From the NCBI GenBank assembly GCA_051294375.1, contig CM119268.1, positions 3,186,492-3,250,491 of the forward strand: 64,000 bases of DNA. The letters run 5' to 3'. Position numbers and translations under genes: made by a program. Shown in pieces: positions 14,788-27,383 of the stretch. Under the pieces are notes generated by a model. The model searched no databases. It saw nothing but the letters and a program-made list of their open reading frames with translations, and was not told where the DNA came from. This DNA comes from Paraspadella gotoi (Eukaryota; Animalia; Chaetognatha). Position 1 is the stretch's first letter. Each line of letters opens with the position of its first letter.

Positions 14788-15135
14788 TTACTGTTTCGTT
14801 TCCGTCGTCATCGTCTTCATCATCTTCATCATTGTCGTCTTCATCGTCGTCGTCTTCATCATCTTTATTGTCGTCGTCTTCATAATCGTCATCTTCATCA
14901 TCCTTGTCTTTATCGTCATCGTCTTAATCGTCATCGTCTTCATCGTCATCGTCTTCATCGTCATCGTTTTTATCGTCATCGTCTTCATCGTCATCGTCTT
15001 CATCGTCATCGTCTTCATAATCATCGTCTTTATCGTCGTCGTCTTAGTGTCTCATTTTCTTCTTCCTCAATACTGTTATTCGTCGTGTTCGTCGTCGTCG
15101 TGCTCTTCATCGTCAATATTTTCGTCGTCGTCGTT
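14788..15135. repeat. Compound (GAC/GAT/GAA) trinucleotide repeat with a 15-nt higher-order unit (GATGACGATGAAGAC on minus); mirror at ~255-600
   Basis: The repeat is directly visible. The acidic reading frame is interrupted by stops near its start. Confidence 0.85.
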
Positions 15136-15410
15136 TTCGTCTCAAGCGACTAAACATCGACGTCCCTTCTGGGATTTTATGGCTTTCGAAAAACGCCGCC
15201 TGATTCTGCCTGACGTTGCTGGGTAGCGCCTGATGCCGGATGCCGTTGTCTAACGGAATCACAAACCGCCTGACGCCTTTTAAACTCCTCCCTCAAGACG
15301 AAGAGAACGAGAAAATTGCAAAAAGATAAAACGAAACAGTAACGAAACAGGGACGAAACAGCAACAAAACTGCCGTTTCGTCTTCCTTTCGACCGTCGAA
15401 TAAGAATCCA

Positions 15411-15517
15411 TCACTGAATTTCGACGACATCGACGGTAAAATCAGTCGCGACAGCGGCAGCTGCAGAAGCCGCCGCAAGCCGCGAATCAGCAGCAGCATG
15501 TTGCGAGCGACTTGTCT
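15411..15517 (-). CDS. Candidate terminal coding exon, Ala-rich
   Basis: Pyrimidine-rich acceptor CCACTTCTGTTAG| at 15518. Frame TSRSQHAAADSRLAAASAAAAVATDFTVDVVEIQ ends in TGA at 15411-15413. Confidence 0.3.
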
Positions 15518-15751
15518 CTAACAGAAGTGGCGGGAAAACGATTCGCTCTTCTTTTCACCAAGTATTATTTTTCGCCTTTTTAAAATTAACATATTCAACC
15601 GATTTTAAATTAAAAAGTATCCCCTTCTCTCTATGCCTTTAATAAACTACTCAGTCTCGCTTATATCTTTCTCTGACTTTTACTTCACTCGTATAGGTTT
15701 AAGTTCACCCGGTCTCTAAACTTGACTCGTTCACTTGTCACCCAGCGGACA

Positions 15752-15892
15752 GTACCTACCCTAGAAGAAGCGTGAAGACGGCCGTAAACCGCCCTAAGGG
15801 TCCGGAAAACCCTCAAACCTGGTTCAAAAACCCAAGACCCGTTCCATTGCTGTCGAGGGGGCAAAGAAGGTACGGAGAGTAGTCTTCAGCCA
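15752..15892 (+). mobile_element. Dispersed repeat copy carrying a degenerate twister-like fold (SINE or LINE 5' fragment)
   Basis: Collinear similarity to 30668-30805 and 29098-29165: GGCCGTAA, CCTGGTTC, GACCCGTTCCAT, AGGGGG, AGTAGTCTTCAGCC. Confidence 0.6.
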
Positions 15893-16124
15893 AACTAATC
15901 CTCACAGAGCCTGACCCTTCGAGTAAGGGATGAAACTCACCGTCCTTCCGAGCCATGTCTCACCCTGGCCCTCACCATGTCCTCTCTTCCTTCACCATGT
16001 TCTCCCTAATCCTAAGCCATTGTCCTGCCCCACCAGGAATGGCCTCCATACATCATCTCGATAGGTTTTTGTCGTCGCTGTTTTTGTCCATAACCATGAA
16101 GTCATCCGCCGTATGATTGCCAGC

Positions 16125-16209
<85 letters not shown>

Positions 16210-17200
16210 GAGGTCGTGATATGTGTCGTCATCAGTTTTTCTCCGTTGACGGTCAGGGAAGATGATTTATGGGGAATAATTGTGTGGGGGAGTTAATGTA
16301 AGCTAGTAGCGAGGAGGGCATGAGGGAGAGTGAAGGGAGGGCGGGAGGAAAAGAATGGGAAGGGAGGAAGGGGAAGGAAGGGAAGAGGAAGAAGGGGAGG
16401 GAGGGGAAAGGAGAGAGGGAGAAGAGAAGGGGGAGGACGGGGAAGGAAGAGAGGGAGGTGGAAAGGGGAGGGAGGTGAAGAATAAAAGGGAGGAAGGAAA
16501 GGAGGGAGAGAGGAAGGAGAAAAGGGAGGGAAGAAGGGGAAAGGAAGGGAGGGAAAGAAAAGAGGGAGGGAGGGAGGGAGAGATGGAAGGAAGGGGGAAG
16601 GGAAGGGACAATGGTGTGGGATTAGAGGGAGGAAGAGAGAGGGAGAGGGGGAAGAGTCAGTTGTGCAGGCGATTTGTGTATAAATATGCAGTTACCGTTT
16701 AAATCACGTCTTTATAATACCCTGTGAGGTTGTAGTTATACAGCAATTTTTGTGAATACTCTCAGAGCATTTAGCAGTTCCATTAATCATTTGTTTTTTT
16801 TTTATTTCCACAAAAGTTTACTCCATTTCTGTTAGGCATTATTCATAAATATTTCCATTTTATTAAAAGTTTTATTTAATCTTTTATTAATACTTTTTTC
16901 GCCTTTTCTATCACCATCCCTTAACTTTTTCAGGCCTTAATTTTCTCGCTTTATCACTTCATCTCTCCTCTTCAGATTTTTATCATCTCTCAATTTTTAT
17001 CATCTCTCAATCCCTTATTTTTATCATAAATTAATTCTTCACCCTCTTGAGGATAAAACAAAAATTATCTTTCCCATATGTCGCCGCTTCGTCGTTTTTG
17101 TTCTTGTTTCTGTTCTCCTTTTCTGTTCTTCTTTTTCTCTGATGAAGCGAAAAAAAATATTCCGTTCGCAAAAGTGATTTTTTTTGTCTCTAAGAAAATC

Positions 17201-17281
<81 letters not shown>

Positions 17282-17366
17282 TGAGAAGAGAGAGAGAGCC
17301 TAAACACGAGATTTTTTTTTGCGCGAAAGAGGTAAGTGTCGTGTTCTGACCCGAGATAGAGGAGTA

Positions 17367-17457
<91 letters not shown>

Positions 17458-18252
17458 GACCCCTAAACCAGCCAAACCTGTCTTTGCCAGTTCGAATACA
17501 ATTCTCACGATTTATCTTTCTTCCTTTCCCTAGATAACCAATTCCAACATCCAACCCAATTCCTTTTCCTCTCCTTTTCCTCTGACATCAACCTTGTTCT
17601 CACTCCGTCTTTCTCCCAACTTGTCTAACTATCCAATCCGCTATCCAATCCCTCACCCTCTCGCTCTCATATTTTTCTCTTCCTTTAACGATTCCCCGTA
17701 AAAATAACCTCGAGAAAGATTTTTTTTTCTCCTCAGAGATTTGACGATTTGTTTTGGGGGTGGGAGATTTTTTACGTTTTTTTTTTANNNNNNNNNNNNN
17801 NNNNNNNNNNNNNNNNNNNNNNNNNNNNNNNNNNNNNNNNNNNNNNNNNNNNNNNNNNNNNNNNNNNNNNNNNNNNNNNNNNNNNNNNNNNNNNNNNNNN
17901 NNNNNNNNNNNNNNNNNNNNNNNNNNNNNNNNNNNNNNNNNNNNNNNNNNNNNNNNNNNNNNNNNNNNNNNNNNNNNNNNNNNNNNNNNNNNNNNNNNNN
18001 NNNNNNNNNNNNNNACAAACGGACCGACGGATTGAGAAAAACATTGATTCTGACGTAATAGCCTGTTTAATGTTTATTGAATGAATGATTTGAATATTCG
18101 TTGTGCCAACTTCATAAATACTACTAAAAAGAGTTTTTTTGTAATAGATTTTTAAAAAAAAGTCGCTTTTCAAATCCTCTGTAGTTCTTGGATTTGAGAG
18201 TTTCTCCTAAGAAAACATGAGCAATAAATTACAATTTACAAACAACAAGGCT

Positions 18253-18330
18253 ATACCGATGCCGCAAAGCCTTTCCATACCGATGCCGCAAAGTCTTTCC
18301 ATTCCGATGCCGCAAAGCCTTTCCATACCG
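18253..18330. repeat. 24-bp tandem repeat x3 (ATACCGATGCCGCAAAGCCTTTCC)
   Basis: Three near-identical units read directly. Confidence 0.9.
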
Positions 18331-18442
18331 AGCTCAATACCGCAAATCGCCATCTGTATACGCGATTACCAACGACCGAGACGACGATTTCCCCGGCGAC
18401 GCGGGTGAATACGCCGCATTTTCTGTTTGTAAATACGCCAAG

Positions 18443-18475
<33 letters not shown>

Positions 18476-20719
18476 TTGTCCTCGCTGAGTTACGATCGAA
18501 ATATTTCACGGTTTTTGCCACACCCCCCCCCTGTCTCTCCCCCTTCTCCCTATTCGCTTCTTCCCGATTTATTAGGTTTCGTATTTTTTTATTCTTTTTA
18601 TTTCCTTCTTCCTTTGCCGATTTATATTCGGGTGAGGCAGGGTGAGGGAGGATGAGGGTTTTTTAAAAGGGTAAGTTCGTTTAAGACGAAAGACGTCGAG
18701 GTGAGTGAAAGGGAAAGTTTATTTCAAGACCGGCTGCGGTGAGGTAAGTTAATTCGGAGGGCTCGAGAAGATAATTTTGGCGGCGGATCGTGAAAGGGAT
18801 GAAATTGCGTCGGAGAGAGTTACAATTACGGTTGGGTAAGTCTAAGTGGTTGGATTTAAGTAATTTAAGTAATTATTGTAAACGTAGAAACGGAAAATGG
18901 ATCGAAAATTAAGATAAATTAGGCTTTGAACACTTTCATTTTAATCGATTAGTTTAAGTGAAAGCGTTTTGAAAAAAAACCAACATTTTTTGGTATATTT
19001 TTTTTTAATAATCATTTTATCTTTTGCCATAATTCGACCTGATGTGTTTTGCTCTGACTTTGGGATTTTCTCCTGATTTCACTGAATCCCCGGTTATGAG
19101 ACGGAGATTCGCTTCTTGATCTTCGACTTTTCACGTGAGACTGTGAGACTCACCTGATTTTCGGAGACGAAGTTTGAAAAAAAAGTCGCTTGCTGGTTTT
19201 GCTTGCTCGTTTAAGTTTTATCTCTTTTGATTGACTGTTGACTCTTTTGATACACTGTTGTTTTTGTTTGTTGTTTTATTTTGTTTCATTGTTTTCTTGA
19301 TCCCGCATTTCCTTACCTTTTGTTTCCTCGACCTCATTCTTTTTATCTTTCTCTCTTTTGTTTTTGTTTTCTTTACTCTGGTTTGTTTTCATTTCGACCC
19401 AGATTCTTCGGGGTTTTTTTGGGTTTTTTTTTTTTTAGGTGTGGAAATCTTGATGCCATCGATAGCAACCACCAGGTCTCTGAGCTCAGCTGTAAATGGA
19501 ATGACAATTCGCAATTTCTAAAAAGAAATTCATTCATTGATTTTTCTTTATTCCTTTCATTGTTAAATTATTTCATCAATTATATTAGAAAGGTAAAAAA
19601 CATAAAAAAAAAAAAAATTCATAAAGATGTCATTTGTTTTCCTCAAAAGGAAAGCGCGTCTGCCTTCGTGAGAGGCGAATCTCGCGACCTCTGGATTTAA
19701 AACTCGCGACTTTTGTGTCACAAGGGATTAAAACTGCTGAGGTTCTGAGCTAAAAGAATCAATTTTCTAAGCTCTTCTCATTTTCTTTATGTTTTTTGTT
19801 ATTTTTTGTGATTATATTTTTATTTAGGCTTTTGTTTATTATGTACAAAATTGTTTTAAAAAATTTCAAGAAAATTTGATACTAATCTAATCTGTGATCT
19901 TGTGACAAAATATTTCGGCGAAACTTTAAAAATGATCGTGTAATTTTTGTGACGGCATCTTTCCTTCACCCAACGTCGCCTTGAGCCTCGGCCTTCCGCG
20001 CCAAATTATCACCCGCGTTAATTCGCCCGACTTGTTTGCTTTCGTTGCCGTGGTAACCGCGTCGCTAAGCCCGTTCGTGCGGTCGCTCTATTCGTCGACT
20101 GGAAAATAATCCCTTTGTCGTAGTCTTTGTTTTCTTAGCTACTTAGGGGGTAATATTAGTTGGAGGGAGGGGAGAGAGAGAGAGATTGAGAGAGAGAGAG
20201 ATTTCGGTTTGAAAAACTGTCTCTTCCTCACGAATGTCTTTTGTTTTGAAAATCGTGAGAGGCTTCTTCACCAGTTACACTTATAACTTGAGCTTATTTA
20301 TTTTGATTTGTATTCTTTTATTTTTGAACTTACTATTAAACAATTGAACATGACATAACTTCATTTGTTTTTTGATAGTAAAAGGCTTAAATTATTTTTA
20401 TTCATTAAAATATGTCTAAACTTTAACCAAATGTTAGGCTCGCCTCGGTTCAGAACGAGGACGTTTTTGATAGCATAGTTAAATAGTATCTGTGTCTCTT
20501 TCTTACGCCTCGATTTCGATTGAGTTGACCTCCTTGGGTTTCAATTGTTTTAATAGTGAGATTCACGCTTCGTCTGTGACTTTCTGGTCTTCTCCGTCTC
20601 TCTCGTCGATTGATTAACGTCATCTACCGAATCGCGTCATATTGACGTTAATGATTTCAAAATGTCAAATGCCCTCTAGCGATCATACCTCACTATTTTG
20701 TCGTCATGCCAAATTCAGT

Positions 20720-21090
20720 TCGTGTCACATCCAATTTGTGGATAATTCGAATCGATTTCTTGACTTCGAGGTATCCATTTCGTGAACGAATACATTTGGT
20801 GAACGAATACATTTGGTGAACGAATACATTTGGTGAACGAATACATTTCGTGGACGCGAAGAATCCATTCGATGGAATCTATTTAGTAGACGCGAATGTT
20901 TGAGTTCGTGTCCGCGACGGATCCATTTCGTGTACGCACCCAATCCATTGCGTGCACCCGACGGAATCAATTTGGTGCACGCCCTTAGTCCTTTTTGTTG
21001 ACGCGAAGAATCCATTTCGTGGACTCGACGAATCAACTTGGTGGACGCCCCAAATCCATTTTGTGGGCGTGGCAAATCCACGACCAACTT
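20720..21090. repeat. Degenerate 17-23 bp minisatellite, core GAAT(A/C)CATTT(C/G)GTG(A/G)AC
   Basis: Near-perfect 17-mers GAATACATTTGGTGAAC at ~20788-20840 lie among longer diverged units. Confidence 0.8.
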
Positions 21091-21152
21091 CATCAAACGT
21101 CACGAAAGGATTCTACGTCGTTTTGTCTTCATTTCCGGTTCCGGCGACCGAC

Positions 21153-21227
21153 GAGCGACGCCGCCGAGCGACACCGCCGAGCGACGCCGCCGAGCGACGC
21201 CGCCGAGCGACGCCGCCGGGCGACGCC
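21153..21227. repeat. 13-bp GC-rich tandem repeat, about 6 copies (GAGCGACGCCGCC)
   Basis: Read directly. Confidence 0.9.
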
Positions 21228-21414
21228 CACTTTTATTCGTCGTCGGCGCCGCTGTGAGTTCCGATGCGAAGATAATAAAACAAATGTTTTCTTTATGGCG
21301 AAATCAAGTTGTTTTTTTTTTTGTTTTGTTTTATTAGTTTATTTAAGGTGTTTATGCTGAAATAATTTATATATTTTATTTACGCCTTTATTTTCTCCTA
21401 GCTATTTTCATTTT

Positions 21415-21502
<88 letters not shown>

Positions 21503-22046
21503 TATTCCTACCATCTAATCGCCCGACCAAAGAGCAACCCCTCAATTCTAACTCAATTCATTTTAATTTTCTTCTCATATATTTTTTAAGGTCATTCCTC
21601 ACTTTTTATTCACATTTTCCTCGTATTTTTCCTCATTTTTCTTTACCTTTTTTAAAAATTTTCCTGATCTTTTTTACTCGTCTCTTTCCCTGGAGTGTTT
21701 CTGTATTATTGTCGAAGCAGCATTTTCTTTCTCTCTTTTTTATTCGGTCAATTTTTTTCTGTTCATAAATCATCATTTATTTCCAGTTTACATTTAAAAT
21801 AGTCTTTCCTTCTCTCTTTCTCTCCCCACAGCCCCCTCTCATCTCTCTGCCTCGTTTCTCCTCCCCCTCTCCTCTCCTATACCCTACCCCTACCTCCCTA
21901 CCACTGCCTCTTCCTCTCCCCGCCGCCTCCTCCTTCTCCCCGCCTTGTTCTCTTCCAATCGAACTTCTCCTCCCGGGGATCGGCTCACACGGTTTTCTCG
22001 CCAGTTCTTTTCTTTTCTTTCTCTTCTCTTCTCTTTTCGTCTCTCC

Positions 22047-22077
<31 letters not shown>

Positions 22078-22555
22078 CTTCTCTTCTCTTCTGTTCCCTT
22101 CTTATATTTGTTCTCTTCTTTTTTCTTTTCTTCTCTTCTCTTCTCTTCTCTTTTCTTCTCCTCTCTTCTCTTCTCTTCTCTTCTCTGTTGCTTCCTATTT
22201 TCTTCTTTTTTTTGTGTTTCTATTGAATATTACATTCTTTTTGCTTTTTCGTGGTTGTTTCAACCTAAGTTTTTTTTTCATTATTTCTTTTTTCCTGTTT
22301 TATTCTTTTATTTTTTAATCTTAATTCTAAATCTTTCATTCAAGTTTCAACCTCTTTTTTTAAAAAAACTAAAATCTATCTCATCTTTCATTCTTTAGTA
22401 TTTCTCATCTCAACTTAATTTCCGAGTCTCTCATTTCTCCTTAATTTAAATCGGCCCAACTTTTTACATTACTTTCCTCCCTTTCTCTCTCTCTCTCTCT
22501 TCGTCTCCTGCTCTCTTCTCTCTCTCTCGTCTCTCTCCTCTTCGCTCTCTCTCTC

Positions 22556-22625
<70 letters not shown>

Positions 22626-22986
22626 GTTTTCCTTTTATTATGATTGTAATATTATAAAACGTAAAAACTTGTTTTCATTTCATCCAACTTTAAAATTCAA
22701 ATCTAAAAAAATAAAAAATCCTCGGAATGGGTAGGATGAATCCCGCCTAATTCTTTCCCCCCCTCGAACGAAACCCGCCCCCCCCAGCCCCCCCCAGCCC
22801 GCCGGCCTCTCTTTTTCTTTTCGTTTTCATTTGTCAAACTGGTAATGTCTCTGGCAGAACTAATTCGGGAAAGAAAAAATTCCGTCAATTCTACAAAAAG
22901 CGAAAAAAGCGGAAGAGAATTCCTCAGTTTTTTTTTTGTCTCGCGAGTAAGAAAAGAATTAAGCGTATAATTTGCGGGTGGGCTGT

Positions 22987-23728
22987 GGTATCCTCCCACA
23001 CCGGGATTCCTTCCCAAACTGCGATTCCTCCCATTACAGGCATTCCTCCCATCGCGGGATTCCTCCCCATGGGATTCCTCCCACCCACGGGGAATTCCTC
23101 CCACACGGGGATTCCTCCCCAAAGAATTCCTCGCCACGCGGGATTCCTCCCACACGGGGATTCCTCCACGCGGGATTCCTTCCCACACGCGGGGATTTCC
23201 TCCCACGCGGGATTCCTCCCACACGGGATCCTCCCACGCGGGATTCCTCCCACACGGATTCCTCCCACGCGGGATTCCTTTCCCACACGGCGATCCTCCC
23301 ATGCGGGACCTCCCCACACAGGATTCCTCCCACCACGGGATTCCTTCCCACACGGGATTCCTCCCACACGGGATTCCCTCCCATGCCGGGATCCTCCCAC
23401 ACGGGATCTTCCCACGCGGGATTCCTTCCCCACCAGGAATTCCTCCCACACGGGATTTCCTCCCACACGGGATTCCTTCCCACGCGGGATTACTCCACAC
23501 GGGATTCCTCCCACACGTGATTCCTCCCACGCGGGATTCCTCCCACGCGGATTCCTCCCACACGCGGATTCCTCCCACACGGGAAATTCCCTCCCACACA
23601 GATGTCCTCCCACCAACGGGATTCCTCCACACGAGGCATTCCTCCCACACGGGATTCCTCCCACGCAGGATTCCTCCCCACACGGGATTCCTCCCCACAC
23701 GCGATTCCTCCCACACGGATTCCTCCCC
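22987..23728 (+). repeat. Left modular arm: minisatellite GGGATTCCTCCCAC(A/G)C
   Basis: About 40 degenerate tandem units. Confidence 0.95.
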
Positions 23729-23968
23729 TTAAATTGTGATTAACTTTCTTAGTTGCATGTTCTTGTTTCAGCGAAAAAAAATTGATTCATTAAAATAAAA
23801 ATTTTGTGTGTGGGTAGGAAAAGTATGCTGATAAAGCAAAATATAAATTTTTTGATGTAATCGAGTTGTGGAAAAGAGTTCAAATTTAGAAAACCAAAAG
23901 ACACATCTTATTTGAATTTTTTATAAGGTTTCTCTCTCTCTATCTCTCTCTGATTGATGAATGATTGA

Positions 23969-24128
23969 TTGACCAAATTATGCCAATGACAAAAATTTGC
24001 CAAGTTGACCAAATTATGCCTGCTTGACCAAATCATGCCAGTTTACCAAATTTGTCCAGCTTGACCAAATTATGCCAGTTTACAAATAATGCAAGTTGAT
24101 TAAATTAGCAAGTTGACCAAGTTTAGCT
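23969..24128. repeat. ~19-bp internal tandem repeat TTGACCAAATTATGCCAG(C/T), about 9 copies
   Basis: Read directly inside the foldback spacer. Confidence 0.85.
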
Positions 24129-24207
24129 TATTTAACCACTTAATTATCGTAGGCAGATCCGTCATTGTTTCCCTTACTCAAAAACTTGTTTTTTTTTATT
24201 GGACGTT

Positions 24208-24921
24208 GGGAGAATCCCGCGTGGGAGGAATCCTGTGTGAGAGGAATTCCCGCGTGGCGAGGAATCCGTGTGGGAGGAATCCCGTGTGCGGAGGATCCGC
24301 GTGGGAGGAATCCCGTGTGGGAGGGAATCCCGCGCTGGGATGGAATCCCGCCATGGGGAGGAATCCCGCGTGGAAGGAATACTGCGTGTGGGAGGAATCC
24401 CGCATGGGGGAATCCCGCGTGGAGGTAATACCGTGTGGGAGGAATCCCGCCGTGGAGGAATCCCTGTGGCAGGAAATCCCGCGTGGGAGGAATACCGTGT
24501 GGGAGGAGTCCCGAATGGGAGGAATCTCCGCATGGGAGGAATTCCGTTGTGGGAGGAATCTCGTTGTGGGGAGGAATCTCGCCATCGTGGGAGGGAATTC
24601 CCGTGTCGGGAGGAATCCCGCATGGGAGGAATCCCGTGTGCGGAGCGGAATTCCCGCGTGGAGGAATCCCGCTTGGCGTAGGAATTACCATGGGGCAGGA
24701 ATTTCTGTGGGGGAGGAAAACCCGTGTGGGAGGAATCCCGCCAACGCTGGGAGGAATCCTTTGGGAGGAATCCCGTTGTGGGAGGAATTCCTTTGGGAGA
24801 ATCCCCGTGTGGGAGCAATTTCCATTGGGAGGAATCCCTGGGAGGGCAATCCCCGCTGTGGAGCGAAACCCGAATGTGGAGAATTCCGCGTGGGCAAGGA
24901 ATCCTTGTTGGAGGAATTCCC
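24208..24921 (-). repeat. Right modular arm: reverse complement array G(T/C)GTGGGAGGAATCCC
   Basis: Same unit as 22987-23728, in inverted orientation. Confidence 0.95.
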
Positions 24922-26324
24922 AATGGAACCATAATTTGCAAAGTATTAAACATTTCCGGAATAAGCGAAATGTCTTTCTGGCTCTCTCTCTCTCTCTTCT
25001 CTCTCTCTCTCCTCTCTCTCCTCTTCTCTCTCTCTCTACTCTTCCCTGTACTGACTTCGAAACATGTAGCCAAAATTAAAATAAAAATTCGTTTATGAAA
25101 ATTCAATCATTTTCATGGTTAAACTCAACACCAACAAACGAAAAGGGAAAATAGCAAAATCTCCAAAAAATACTGACATAATAATTTTAAAACTCATGTT
25201 GACGTTTTCGGTATCATTTTTTCAAAACGTATTTTTCGCTTCCATGCAATATGAGCCACACACAACAAAGGCGGACAATGTCTGCACACCCGTGCAGGGA
25301 AAAAATAGTGACTTAAAAGTGAGAGTTTAAATAAGAGAGAGATAGAGAAGGAGAAGAAAAGAAAAAAAGAAAAAATAGACTGAATGTTATTTAATATTCA
25401 TGCCGTGGCACAACAGGTCTTGCGGTCGACATAAAAAGCCTTGTGAACCATGGAAAAAGTCATCTTTTCCAAAACTAAGGCCTAAAAAGATGGAAAATGA
25501 GGCTCCAAAAGAGCAGAAAAGAGGAAAAAAGAGAAAAAAAGGTGAAAAAATATAAAAAAATGAAAAAAAAAATTCCAAAAAATCTGTGTTGCTGATCAGG
25601 AATAATTGAAACCGTGAAAAAGACAGTTTTGAAAATCAATGATAAAGATTGTAGCAATATAACTAGAGAATTAAAACAATTTATAATTAGTCGAAAGCTG
25701 CAGTAATTATTAGCCAAACTAGCTTTAATAAGGAAAAATTCGACGAGAGCTTAAAAATGATTTCCACGAGTTAATTTGTATATAAGTCTGAACGATTGCG
25801 AATAAGATGACAAGAGGATCAATGAAATACGATCGTCTCGTCCAAGGGGATTCATTTGTTGGTGAAATTCACATCCTGGAAAAAGAATCTTTGAGTTGAA
25901 ATTGGAAGATCAAAGATGGAATCTTTAAAAAGGTGGATTCTTGAAGAAGGATGAGAAAAAAGGAAAGAGAAGAAGAAAAGAAAAGAAAAAAGAGAAGATC
26001 TTAAAGGCAATTTTTATATAAAAAGAAAGAGAGGAAAAGGGAAAAGAGAAGAGAGAAGAGAAGGAGAATGAAACAACGGAAAGAAGGAGACAATGAACAG
26101 TGGCTGAAGATAAGAGGAGTGGAAATAAAAAGAAAAAGAAGAAAGAGATCCAGAAACGAATAGAGACAGAGAACGCGGAAAGAGGAGGCAAAAAACGGAG
26201 ACAGAGAATGAGGAGATCGAAAACCCAGATTCGCAAAAGCGAAAATCGAAGTTTGATGAGGAAAAAGGATAAACGATTGAAGACACAAAGATGAAGAAAT
26301 GGAGGAAAGGAAATGCGATAGAAA

Positions 26325-26355
<31 letters not shown>

Positions 26356-27383
26356 AAGAAAGAAAGAAAGAAAGAAAGAAATTAAAAAGAAACAAAAAAG
26401 AAAGAAAAAACAAACAAAGGAAGAAACAAAGAAAGAAACGAAAGAAAGAAAGAAAGAAGGGAGAAAAGAAAGAAAGAAATGAATAAAACGGAAAGAGAAA
26501 ACAGAATGAAATTAAAGAGAGAAAAAACAACAAAGAAAAAAAAAAATAAACAACACATTAATTTGAAAGAAAGAAATAACAGAAATAAATAAATAAAGGG
26601 AGAATTAAAAAAAACACTTCTGACAAAATATGTTAAAAAAGAACAAAAAACTAAAACTGCTTTCAATTCATTCTGAATTTCTGTGACAACACAACAAAAA
26701 ACTGTATTTTATTTTTTTTTTCAATTATCAGTAAACAAATATATTTTTGTTGTGTGAATTAGGATTTAGGGACACGAAAAAATAAGAAAAAAAAAAAGAA
26801 AAAGAAGATGTATTTCCAGTGAGAAAACAAATGGGTTAAAAGGCGGAAAAGAGAAAGATGCGCTTTTGTTGACTGTCGCTGATTCACTTCGTGCGATCTT
26901 TCTCTTTTTTCTTTTGCGTCGCTGTTTCTGTAGTCAACGTTGTTTTTCGTCGTCGCTGTTGTTTTCTACTGTTGTTTTGTGTCTTCACTGTTGTTTACGG
27001 TTGTTGCAGTTTTTTTTCTGCTGTGGTTTTGTGTCGTCGCTGAAGTTGTTTTCTTTTGTTTTCATTTTAGTTCCACAGGCTGTTTTTTCGTTGTTGCTTT
27101 TCTCAGCTGTTGCTCGTCGTCGTTGTCGTCGTTGCAGTATTTTCTCCCCTCATTTCAAGAACCTTTTTTGGGATCCCATTTCTCCCTCTTCCTCCTCTTC
27201 TTCCTCCTTCTTCATCTCCTCTACCGCCCACCATTCAAGGTCTCCCAGTGGTTAAGAAGAAAGTTTTCGACGAGGAGCTTACTGTCTCTTACCTTTCTCA
27301 TCTTTCTCGTCCCTCTCTCTCCCTCTCTCTCTCTCTCGTGCCTTCTCCCCCTGCTAGTCTCATCTACTCCTCCCTTTCATTGT

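Larger units (their letters stand above)
22976..24930. mobile_element. Non-autonomous foldback-type (MULE/FB-like) DNA transposon
   Basis: Two ~720-bp arrays of a ~16-17 bp unit in opposite orientation flank a ~480-bp spacer. The ends are GG...CC. The 9-bp direct repeat ATAATTTGC lies at 22967-22975 and 24931-24939. Confidence 0.75.

Noticed and set aside
17130-17200. CTGATGA-AGC-GAAA minimal hammerhead-like core
   Set aside because: No convincing stem I and no properly placed NUH cleavage triplet.
22703-25106. Long 250-340 aa ORFs on both strands and a CRISPR-like appearance
   Set aside because: The ORFs arise from a stop-poor 16-17 bp minisatellite. There are no unique 25-45 nt spacers and no cas genes.
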